A DNA stretch of 45,051 bases, the filler included, from Jimgerdemannia flammicorona (lineage: Eukaryota): assembly GCA_003990765.1 (NCBI GenBank). It is 2 parts of 2 records of this genome, joined end to end, with 100 filler letters (N's around TTAATTAATTAA, not from the genome) between each part and the next. Parts side by side here need not be neighbours in the genome. Positions count along the whole stretch, not along the records: positions 1 to 22,476 come from RBNJ01001272.1; 1 more part is not named here. One strand, given 5' to 3'. The first letter of the stretch is position 1. The number at the start of each line of letters is the position of its first letter. Below are positions 1-10,847 of the stretch, one piece after another. A program made the position numbers and the translations under genes. The notes under the pieces were generated by a model, which was given only the letters and a program-made list of their open reading frames with translations, made no database searches and was not told the origin of the DNA.

Positions 1-884
1 ATCTATGACATTTATTTGTTCATATTATTCTTATTACTATTGGCTGTCCTTTTCTTTCTTTTTATGTGCAATTTTGTTTATAGTATTCACACTTATCACA
101 ATTAAAGTATTTACTATCAAATTTAGCTTGTTGATCATTATACTGCTAGTTTTGCCCTTATCCTTTGTTTGGCTTGCCTTTGCCTCATTTATGTACTCTG
201 TAGAATACTTTTTCATTATCTTTATTGTTATTATTACCACCCAGCCTTTAAAAGACTTACAATAATATATTTATAGTCCAATAGTTTGCTGAATTTTCTC
301 ATAGTAGTGATAACTATATTATATATCTCAGAAAGATTATATATAAGAGCCAGAACCTTGTCTTCATCCTTGATAAGATCTACTGGTATAGAAAGAGAAT
401 TTACTTAATTCATTAGATTATTAATATAGTTAGTATAGTTCTGGATACTCTTCTTGGACTTAATTCAGAAATTGAACAGTTGTACTTTTAGGTAGAATAT
501 GTTTAATACAGATACCTACTGATAGTAATTACATAAGATCTTTCAGACTTTGTTTGCTATTATAGCATTGATGATAAGTTTTATTTACATATTCAAAAGA
601 GTGAATATAATCTCTCTTAGTACTCTGCAATTCTTTATAGTATTATATCTCATTATTTGTATCTGTAGCTTTCAGTAGTTCTCTAGACTATATTTCTTTA
701 AAAGATTCTTTATATGGTATATCTATATAGTATAGTTCTTATCATCAAAGATAGGAATTGTCTTCTTTATTATTATTAGCATTACTGTAGGAATAGTTGT
801 AGTTATGATCATTATAATAGGTATACTTATACTATTAGTACTCATTCTAGATCTCATTCCACTTATACTATTTGGTGGGCTCAT
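1..884 (-). pseudogene. Degenerate Ty1/Copia-like gag remnant (runs off window start)
   Basis: Minus-strand translation near 300-460 gives KKSIQNYTNYINNLMN*VNSLSIPVDLIKDEDKVLALI*YLSEIYNIVITTMR, which resembles the Copia gag UBN2-type region (..I.DED...LL.SLP..Y..VVT). TATGAGCCC at ~877-885 resembles the Copia GGTTATG(A/G)GCCC primer site. Confidence 0.5.
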
Positions 885-937
885 ATTTAATATATCTGAT
901 AAGTGTGATATGTATCTTCATATAGTGTAGTATATAT

Positions 938-2564
938 TATCATATAGTAGTTGCTGAGTCCTTTAAATATGTCAGATTTTTTTCAAGGTGTATCTATTAG
1001 ACTAACTATAAGTTTGTTATAAGTAAGTTCTTATTGGATTATCTTCTCAAGATCTTATAGTCCTCAAACTTCTTATCTATAAACTACCTTGTTATCTCTT
1101 AGATTATTTGTATGAAATTGAGTATAAGTGAACTGAAACTAACTTTATTTCAAAAGAAATAAGAGGAGTATTTATATAAAATATAATTCAATAATTGCTA
1201 AGTTATAAAGCTAAATATAAATTCCAATAACCAAATAAAATACTGGAATACAGAAAACTACAGTTGTAAGTATAAGTTCAAGTGTCTGTACAACTGGTTA
1301 CATAAGTTCAGAATATCAGTAGAATTTTGGTGGTACAGAAAAAGAATACCAGAAGAATTTCTGAGTTATGTAAGATCAGAATGCTAAAAGAATAACAGTT
1401 ATATAAAAAAAGGATACTGGTAGAATCTAGTATTACCAAGAACTTAGAGCAGAAAGTTCAGAACTATGGAAGCTTCATCTTCATTACTATCATCAAGACC
1501 AGAAGTCAGAGACAGGATATCTTTGAAGGAGATGTAGTCTATGAACATTTTATCCATTTTATATATATTGTACATTTCATGTGCTTCATATATGTTGTGT
1601 GGAATGACATCATCATTGATGATATCATCATGAGTGATATTATCTCATTTAGTGGTGGGGAAAGCAAGGAGGTCTGGGACTCTCCAATCTATAAGGTTCT
1701 CTTCTACAAAATAAGAGACAAATGTAGGGTCTTGAAGAGGTCTAACCTGGATACTGGGGCTTTGAAATGCTGAGATCAATTCTTACAGAAATTGATCAGG
1801 ATTGTTCTTGAGGATAGGATTCCAGAACTCTCCTACCTTGTCACTATTGAGGGTAATAGTGGACTGAGCTTCTGTGGCCACTATGGCCTCTAGTATATTA
1901 GTATAGTGGGCTGACAGTTCCTTGAAGTCTGAGATCCTAGTGTACTCTAAGTTAGGGATCGACCACAGTGCATACCTAAAGATCTGATGAATCTTTTTAG
2001 CTATTCTTATTTCATATATATCCATGGAGGTAGTATCTGGTATTTCTTGGTGACCAGTCTGAGAGAATTCTCGATAGAGGAGGTTTCCTATTTCATACTT
2101 CTACTACATCTAGAGGTATTCAGTAGCAATGGTGATCCTTGTTTCCATTTTGTAGTAGTAGAGAATATAATGATAAGGGTCACCAGTATCCAGATTAAGA
2201 CTAGGAGTCCTTCTTATATAGATCCTCATGGCTCTTCTGATGTCTTGGAACATCCTTTCCTAGACTAAAGGACCTTAGTAGTTCCTGGACCTTGAGGTTT
2301 GGCAAACAGTAGGCATTTTGTTTATAGTAAGTATTTAGAACTATTCCTATGAGCTTTGTTTGAATTACTACAACTGCAGTTTCTTGATCCTTTTTTTATA
2401 TTCCTCAAGATGTCCATCTTGTGGTCACAATGACTTATGGTTGATCATCATTGCTCATCTGATAGCCTGAATAAGTCATATCATATGTATGATCTTCTTA
2501 TACTTTGATCTGATGGCTTATAAGGAAAGGCTATCTCTTGTGCTGATATCATTATTCTGAGGTC
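938..2564 (-). repeat. 3' LTR of G1 (~1.63 kb)
   Basis: Colinear with 8357-8706 plus 14552-15608, and with the reverse complement of 43529-45051. Confidence 0.9.
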
Positions 2565-2940
2565 CTCCTGAATAAGAATCTTCTCTTGAACATCTTTATT
2601 CATTAGTCCAGTCTGAAAAATTTGCTGATCCCATAACCTCTGATAGGGGGTTAAAAAGTGGTATTTATGGGCTGGTATCTTCTCTATGTATTTTGGTATG
2701 ATAGTAAAGGATCACTCTCTTCATATAGAGCAAGGGCCTGATTCTGATCTTGATCAATCAGTTGATAGTTTGAACTTCTCTGGCTTTGAAAGTCTCATAA
2801 ATGAGTAGTTGCTGGTGCTGTATCTCTTAGAGAATGGTCCAGACAGATTGTCTACTAGTTATGGGACATGCTGTTATGATTCATGAACTAGAATCTCTCA
2901 GGTGGTCATTATATTTTGCTTCTCTTATATAGATTTATAG
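1444..2940 (-). pseudogene. Extra ORF3 of G1 (env position, overlapping the LTR), unknown function
   Basis: One frame without indels from ~2940 to TAA at 1444, including track ORF 1783-2025 and ending DDSNEDEASIVLNFLL*. Stops checked inside the LTR part read CAA/CAG/TGG in the younger copy at 43.5-44.6 kb. The start is uncertain, and the 2565-2940 part has no second copy to confirm it. Confidence 0.7.
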
Positions 2941-3921
2941 TACTTCTTGAGTCTGTTCCTGTGTACTATAGTAGGCAGTATGGTCTCTGAGAGTTTTATA
3001 AGCCAAAAGGTAGTTCTCTTGATATCTTGTATATAGAAGGATTCTTTCCATTTGGGCTCCAGTTTTCATGACTATAAGGCTTCTATCATATTTTGATATA
3101 GTAGGACCTTTTCTCTGATTTGGATGAGTTTTAGAGTCTTGTGATTCTTTTTTGAATTCTTCCTTATTAGTACTTATAACTTGATGATATAATCTTCAGC
3201 CTTCTTTCTGATTTGGTATAGTCTCTAGATTTCTGAGTCAACCTATCTCCAAGTTAGGTCTAGATTTGTAGCTGAGGTTCCATCAGAATCTTCTTCTCTG
3301 AAGAGCAGTTCTCTTGGGGTAAAGTGTGTACTCTGTGATCATATATCTTATAGGACAGAGAGGGCAGTTGGGAGATAGTTATCCCAATTATCATATGTAT
3401 CTGAGATCTTTACCAGAATATTCTTAAGAGTCTTATTGGTTCTCTCTATCTGTCTATTCTCTTGAGGGTGGTATGTAGTGATCTTGATATACTGAAGCTT
3501 GTATTTCTGATATATTATCTCATAGAATCTATTGACAAATTCTGTGCTGTAGTCTGTAGTAATTTGTCTTAGTGTCTTATAGTGGCAGATGATTTCTTGA
3601 TACAGGAAGTTGGCTATAGAGAGAGCATTGACTTCTTATAATGCTCCTACTTCTATTTATTTGATAAAGAGGTCTATAATAACTATAATATAGCAGTTTC
3701 CTAATAGTATCACTGGTAGTGGTCTAATAATATCTATTGTGATATGTATAGTGGAAGGGGATAGGCTCAATTCTTAATGATCTAGATATCTGGTCTTATT
3801 GATCTTATTTCTGTTTTTAGTACTTGTCATACTCTTTGACAAATTGGTACAGGTCTTCTTCTATCTTAGGCTGCCATATAGTTCTTCTTACTTTATTATA
3901 TATATTGGTTTCTCCTAGATA

Positions 3922-4050
<129 letters not shown>

Positions 4051-5769
4051 TCCTAGGTATCCTTGTTCATGTACTTCCTTTATTACTTGATACTTCTTAT
4101 ATTCAGATATTATGAGCTTTTCTCCTTTTCTAAGTATAGTGTTATTTAGTTCAAATTGTTTCCAAGTCTGATTGATGATGATGATAGTCTATAGTTTGAG
4201 GTGATTAGGCATCTTCTGCTATCTGAGGTAGCTGATTAATTCATAGTATAGCTCTTAATTCATATTGAATAGTCTTGATGAGGGTATTTCAGAGTGTCCT
4301 TGAGAGTATATCAGCATTAGCATTGGTTCTTCCTGAGCAGTACTTGATAGTATAGTTATACTCTTACAGCCTATAGATCTATCTAGTATATATTTCTTTA
4401 GGGTTCAGAGTATAGAATAGCTAGGTGAGAGCAAAATAGTCTGTTTGAATTATGAAGTGTTTCCTGACTAGGTAGTAGTAAAACTTATCTACTACCCAAA
4501 CTACTACTAAGCATTTGAGCTTGCATGACTCATAGTTCTGTTCTGCTCTATAGATACTTTGGCTTATATAGAAGATAATATATTTATGTCTATCTTTCTT
4601 CTGAGCTAAGACTGCTCTAAGTCCTATAGCACTTATATATGTCTGCAGGATGAACTCTAGGTTCCAATCTGGTCTTCTGAGGATTGGTGCTTGGGTTAAC
4701 CTGGTCTTGAGTTCATAAAAGGTTTCTTGACATTTCTTGGTCTATTCAAATTTGGTCTCTTTCTTCAGTAGCTCATAGATAGGTACTACAATATTAGAGT
4801 ATTCTTTGATGAATCTTCTATAGTAGGAGGCCAGTCCAAGGAAGGCATGGACTTCTGTAGTTGTTCTGGATCTTAGATAGACTGCAACAGCCTCAATCTT
4901 TATGGAGTCCATGTGAATTCCAGTCTGGTTGATAAGGTGTCTTAGGTAGGTGATTTCCTAAGCTGTAAACTTACACTTCTTGGGCTTAATGTAGAGGTCA
5001 TACTCCTTGAGCTTCTTAAGAGCCAGCTATATATAGTTAATATGTTCCTGTGTGGTATTGCTGAAGATAATCACATTATAAATATAGATAAAGAGCTATT
5101 TTCTAATCTCATTGCTGAAGACTCTATTTATCATTCACTGAAAACTTGTTAGGGCATTGTACATTCCAAATAGCATTCACAAGTAGACATAGGTGATATT
5201 AGGTATAATGAAAGCTGATTTCTCACTAGTATCTTAAGTGAGACCAATCTGATAGAAGTCTGAGAACAGATCCAAGGTGGTGTAGTATTTGGCTTTGCTT
5301 TTAAGAGTAGTAAGAATTTCTTGAATATTTGACAAGAGCTACCTATCCTTCTTAGTAATTGTATTGAGCTTCCTATAATCAATACAGAGTCTTGGGGCAA
5401 ACTCTCCAGGCTTACTTCCTTTTTTTGGGATGAGGACAATAAGTGAAGCCCAGGGGCTGATAGCTTACTTAATGATTCCAGCTTCTTCCATTTCCTTGAG
5501 TTCTGCTCACAGCCATTCTCTGTAGGCAGATGATATAGGTCTGGCTTTCTGGTAGATGAGCTTGATATTACCAGTGTCAACTTCATGATCATACTTGGGT
5601 TCTTGATTGTAGATATCTCTGAAGTCTGTAGCAAGTACTCTTTCATTCTGGTATAGGATCTTGAGAAGTTGTTCTTCTAGGGGAAAGTTTTCTCTGATGA
5701 TATATGTGTGCTTGTTCTGGTCCTGGTCTTTCTTATACTCAAGTTCAGTAGTCTTGATAGTAGTATAGA

Positions 5770-6170
5770 CTTCTCTTCCAGTAGATCCAAAGTCTTGTTC
5801 TCCTCTCTTGATCTTGATGAGTTTAATGACTTCAGTGGTCTTAGGCTTCTTGACTTCATGGATCAGTATCTGGCCAATCCTGTCATACTTCTTGACTTTG
5901 AATAGAGTGGTGGGGTTGTAATTCCTAACTATAAGAAAGATCTCACCAGTATAATCAGAGTTAATTACTCCTCCTTCAACTGAGATTTTGCTTTTGGCCA
6001 GACTGCTCCTGATCTTGATAATTCCAGCATAGTTCTCTGGCAACTTGACTCCAATTTCAGTATCAAGTAGAGTAGTGGTTTGTGGTTTGAGGATAACTAG
6101 CAAGATTCATTCCTATAACTCCTTCAGTCTTGCATTCTGGGATCTTGGCTTCAGGGTAGAACTTCTTGAC
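5770..6170 (-). pseudogene. dut: Trimeric dUTPase domain within G1 pol, between protease and RT
   Basis: All five dUTPase motifs are recognisable: (A)GMNL, IKIRSSLA, GGVINSDYTGEI, DRIGQIL, RGEQDFGSTG (track ORF 5507-6103). Confidence 0.93.
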
Positions 6171-8337
6171 CTTGAGAGTGATGTTTAGTTCTTGTTTCTC
6201 CTCATTATTGCTATTAGCTTGAAGCTCTGGGGGCTGGTCATCTTCTTCAGCTTCTCTTTTTACTTCAGCAGCTTCTTGCTCATACTTTTGTTAGCAGATT
6301 TTCCTAACTTCACTAATAAAGGATCAGCAGTCATTCAGATATTCAGAGCAGTATATTCTGATACCATAGGGGTATCTTTCTTGAGAGGCCTAGCCATCAA
6401 TAATCTTGTTATACCACTGCTCATCTGTGAGCTTGGGTGTCTTGCTCTTGTTCTTGTACATTGAGTGTATGAAGATTTCTATGTCCTCTTCATCTCCTTT
6501 CTCTATATCTGGTAGTACTCCTTTGTGAATATTGATAGAGACTCATACCTTTCTTTCTCTATAATTGATTTGCATCTTCTGGATATTGAGGTCAATGACA
6601 GTCTTGGCCTTATAAAGCTATTTGTTGTCAATGAGAATATCATAGTTGGTGGTGCTTATAATAATTATATCTACTGAAATAGTAGCTCCTCCTATCTTGA
6701 TGGATACTTCTCAGATCTTACCTAGGGGGGTAGCTTATATACCATCTGCTGTGATATAGACCATCTTGATAGACTCTTCAATATCCCAGCCTAGGTAGTC
6801 AATTGCCTTCTTACTTATAAGGTATCCTCCAGTACTGGTATCAATAATGGTATCAAAGATACAATCTTCAATCTGATATGAGGTATAGACTCATATCTTG
6901 TGCTGGTCTTCAGATTTTTTTTGTACATTGTGAGCTTTTACAATCTTATACTCTTGATTTTTGGCAGTGATTGCAAGTTCTACTCTGAAGGCAGAGACTT
7001 CAGCTAGTTATCCAAAAGTAGTATTGATCTTCTATTTCTTGAGGTCCTTATAGATATCATATTGGTAGATCTTTGTCTTGTGCAACTTCTGTTCTTTCTT
7101 ACTTTCACTTTCTCCTGAGACTGAAGTAGTGCTTTCAATAATTTGACATGCAGCTTTATCTAACTCTATGTCTTGATCAATCTCCTTGAGTTGGGTCTTG
7201 CTTTGAATAGTGATAGCTGGGGTCTTCTTTGGTCTTCCAACTGGCTTACTGTTACTCTTCTTATCATAGGACTTGGATTAGGTTCTGGTATCTTTAGTAA
7301 TAGGGTAAAATTCAGACTTCTCATAGTATTCTTCATCATCAGTATTACCAATCTCCTCAATGACTACTATATTGATTTATTCTCTAGTTCTGGTAGTATT
7401 GCTTAGTTGGGCTTTGCATCTTGTTTCAGTTATATAACTCTTTGCATAGTGGCCTTCTACTCTACATCTGAAGCATATGATATTGTATTCTTCTATAGTA
7501 GTTACAAATCTCTATACTGGTCTCCTATTGGCACTTCAGACTTCTTAACAATATTACCAAGGTGTGCAGTCATCTCAGCAAACTGCTTGGTGAGTTCCTC
7601 CACTGGATCAGCTTTGGCTATCTTGGAGATAGGTGGGGATAGTTGTCTGTTTATAACTGTGGTGGGTATGATACTGGTTGGCTTTGATGACTCTATCTTG
7701 ATACTAGTTATTTTCTCTATTGAGTGTTTGGCAGAGTATCTGAAAATCTAATATCTCTGTATAAAGACCACTTTCTGATCAAGGATTAGAGCAGTTGGAG
7801 TAGACTGGGTTACTAGAGCAATTTCAGAGTAAACTTCTTTGAGAAAGGTTGAATCTGTTATTTATTTCTTAAAGGCATCATCATAGCCAGTCAAGACAAT
7901 CTGGTAGTAAATTTGAATGTAGAATGAGTTGGAATCTTCACTAAGTCTCTGGTAGATAGTATTGAGTTGATTCTTAAGAGCTTGCTTGATCTCTTCAATA
8001 TAGTATGTAGTTATGAGAAAGGTCTTCATGTTGGCAAGTTTGGCTGCACTAGTATCAGTAATGATAGCTGTATTGAACTTGTCTCTGGTAGGTTCTCTGA
8101 GGCTAACTAGTAGAAGAGCCAATTATGCATCTATGCCAAGAGCTCATATGGCAGCAAATTGTTCAAAGTTTTCAATGAAGGTCAGGATTGACTCTTTAGT
8201 AGTATATCTATAGAATGTTGGGGGATATATTTCTATCTTATCTTGAATTCTTGCAGGGGTGACTCTTGTAGTCAAAGTAGTTGTTATGGTGGTTGTTTGT
8301 TTTTCAGCTTAAAAGTGAGGAATTCATCTTGAATTAC

Positions 8338-8353
8338 CAGTTAATGGATACCA
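8338..8353 (-). promoter_or_regulatory. Putative primer-binding site of G1
   Basis: The minus strand reads LTR end ...TGACA, then ACT, then TGGTATCCATTAACTG. TGG 3 nt after the LTR is the usual PBS geometry. The cognate tRNA was not identified. Confidence 0.7.
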
Positions 8354-8787
8354 AGTTGTCATGTAGTAGTTGCTAAGTCCTTCAAATATATCAGATTCTC
8401 TTCAAGATGTATCTCTTAGACTAACTATAAGTTTGTTATAAGTAAGTTCTTATTGGAATATCTTCTTAAGATCTTATAGTTCTCAAACTTCTTATCTTTA
8501 AACTGTCTTATTATCTCTTAGATTACTTGTATGGAATTGAGTATAAGTAAACTTGAACTGACTTTATTTCAAAGGAAATCAGAGAGGTATTTATACAAAA
8601 TATAATTCAATAGTTGCTAAGTTATAAAGCTAAATATAAATTCCAATAACCAAATAAAATACTAGAACATAGAAAACTATAGTTGTAAGTACAAGTTCAA
8701 GTATCTCATCTCTCTTCAGTACTACTCAGGTTATACAACCTTTGAAAAGCAACTACAACATTGTTTTTGGAGAAAAGAGACTAGCAA

Positions 8788-10816
8788 CATAGCAACCAAC
8801 AGGCAATCTGAGGTGTGTACTGGGCAGGGTGGCCCAAGTGCATTCAACTGGCAGTAGGTGGGGAGAGGCCCTGGCCTGGGGGAAGGTATGAGGGGGCTGC
8901 TGGTAGGTAAACATGGAAGAGAAGGAGGCAGTAGTAGAGGACAGGGATCTGGGAGGGCAAGCTTTACCAAGATGGTAAAGGGGAGAGGGCAGATATTGGG
9001 GCTAGAGGGTTGGCTGTGGAAAGGCAAGGAAATAGAGAAGGTGGCAGTACAGGGGGGAGTAGCCCTTAGCAGAGAAGGTGGTAGGGCTGAAAGTATAGTG
9101 GCTAGGGGGAGTATGACAGCTGATGGAGATGGGACTGCTAATCTGGAAAAAAAATCCAGATGTGACTGTGGATGGTGGCTGAGCAACTGGGGCTTGGAAG
9201 ACAAGGAGATTTGGCAGATAGTGTGATGGGCCTAGCAGTGGTGCCATTACTCAAGAAATTGATCTCAGCATTTGTAGTAATACTGTGCTTCCGGGGCCTA
9301 GCAGTGATGGTGAAAATGGTGCTGGGGCTGATTGCTAAGCAGGTGGCTAGAGCAGCATCTGTAAAGTTTTTGAAGGGACTGGAGGAAGTGGAGGTGGGCT
9401 TTGAGGAGGCTGAGTCTTTGGAGGAAGTGCTGAAGGTTGGATTGATAGTTGGGGAGATGTGTATTCCAATGGCATGCTGCCTGAAATGGGATCCCAGGGT
9501 GGTCCAATTGCTGGTGAAAGGGGTGCCCATGGTGACAGTGGTGGAGACAAGAAGGAGAGTAGAGAAGGCCATGGTGGAGTATGGAGAGGTGGTGGATATT
9601 GGATTCAGAGTCTGAGAGGGGACCTCACTCAGGACTAGGAATGTGGATGTGAGGATTTGGCTAGCAGGAAAAGAAGCCACTGAGAAAGCAAGAGACTGGC
9701 CTTCTGAAATGGTCTGGGAGGTGATCTTGTATAAGATAACGAGGGTGAAGGGGAGTGAGGAGGAGGAAGAGGACTTACTGGAGGCACTGGAAGAGTTGAG
9801 TGATACAGTAGAGTAGCAGGCAAAGACTTGGAAGGCCTTTGAGGAGGTGATGCACTTGGAGGTAGTGGATGGGAGGCAGATTTGAGTGAACAAGGAGCAG
9901 TGGGAATGAGAGCAGGGATGTAAGAGACAGAAGGAACTACTGGTGAAGATAGCAGATATGTAGGTCTCTGAAGGATATGAGCAGAATGGTGGCCACAGGG
10001 GGGGCCAAAGCGAGTGTCTGGGTAGGCGAGGGTAGTGGGAGTGCTGGGAAGGGGGCTGGCAAGAACAGGGAGGCAACTGGTAATGATCTGTATACTGATA
10101 GTATACTGGAGGTTTGGGATGAGATATGGGAGGACTCTCCTACCCCTACTCCCCTTATCAGGCAAGGTCCAGCTTCTCAAAGCAGAGTAGTGGAGAATGT
10201 GTCAATGTGGAGGGTCCAGCAAGTGCAATTTAGAGTTCCAAAGGTGGCAAAAGGGGGACAAGTAGTAGTGGCTGGGGAGGAGGAACTGGTGGATATCCCA
10301 GAGGAGTGGGATGAGGCTGTGAGTACTGGGGCTGATACCACAATACTGGTTGGTGGGAGGCCAGTGACCCCTGGAGAGAAGGAGGTGGGAAACCTACTCT
10401 GGATGTATAGGATGATGAACAACCTGGTGGCTGAGGAGCTGGGAGAGGTGGATTTGAGAGTAATGAGTGATAAGTATTGGGCAAAGATCCTGCAGAGAGA
10501 GGGAGTGGTGTTGGCATTGAAGGCAGAAATTCTTGCAGTATATCTGGAGAAGGAAGGCTATGAGGTAGATAAGGAGTGGGAGGCAGAGTTGGTGAGAGTT
10601 GTGAGAGAGAGGACAGAATACTGCTGGACCAAGCATTATAGATTGCAGCTCTGGCAGGAAGCCTGCCTGGAGTTCTAAGAGGAATTTGAGGAGAAGGCAG
10701 ATAGGGAGATGAATGAGCTGTTGGCTAGATTGGAGGCTCAGAGGGCTGAAGAGGAGGCGGTGACCATAGAACATAATCTGGACTTTGCGCAGGAGGAGAT
10801 GAACATAGAGCAGTAA
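8788..10816 (+). pseudogene. LINE-A ORF1 (gag-like RNA-binding protein), disrupted
   Basis: Fragments 8858-9226, 9172-9615 (…AMVEYGEVVDIGFRV…, RRM-like as in L1/Tx1 ORF1) and 9977-10678. Homologous sequence occurs in the other LINE copies. The start is approximate. Confidence 0.7.
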
Positions 10817-10847
10817 GGAAGGACTTGATAACATAACATTCTTCACT

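Noticed and set aside
1444..2940. ORF3 as an env gene
   Set aside because: No signal peptide, furin site or C-terminal TM anchor is evident, and the C-terminus is acidic.
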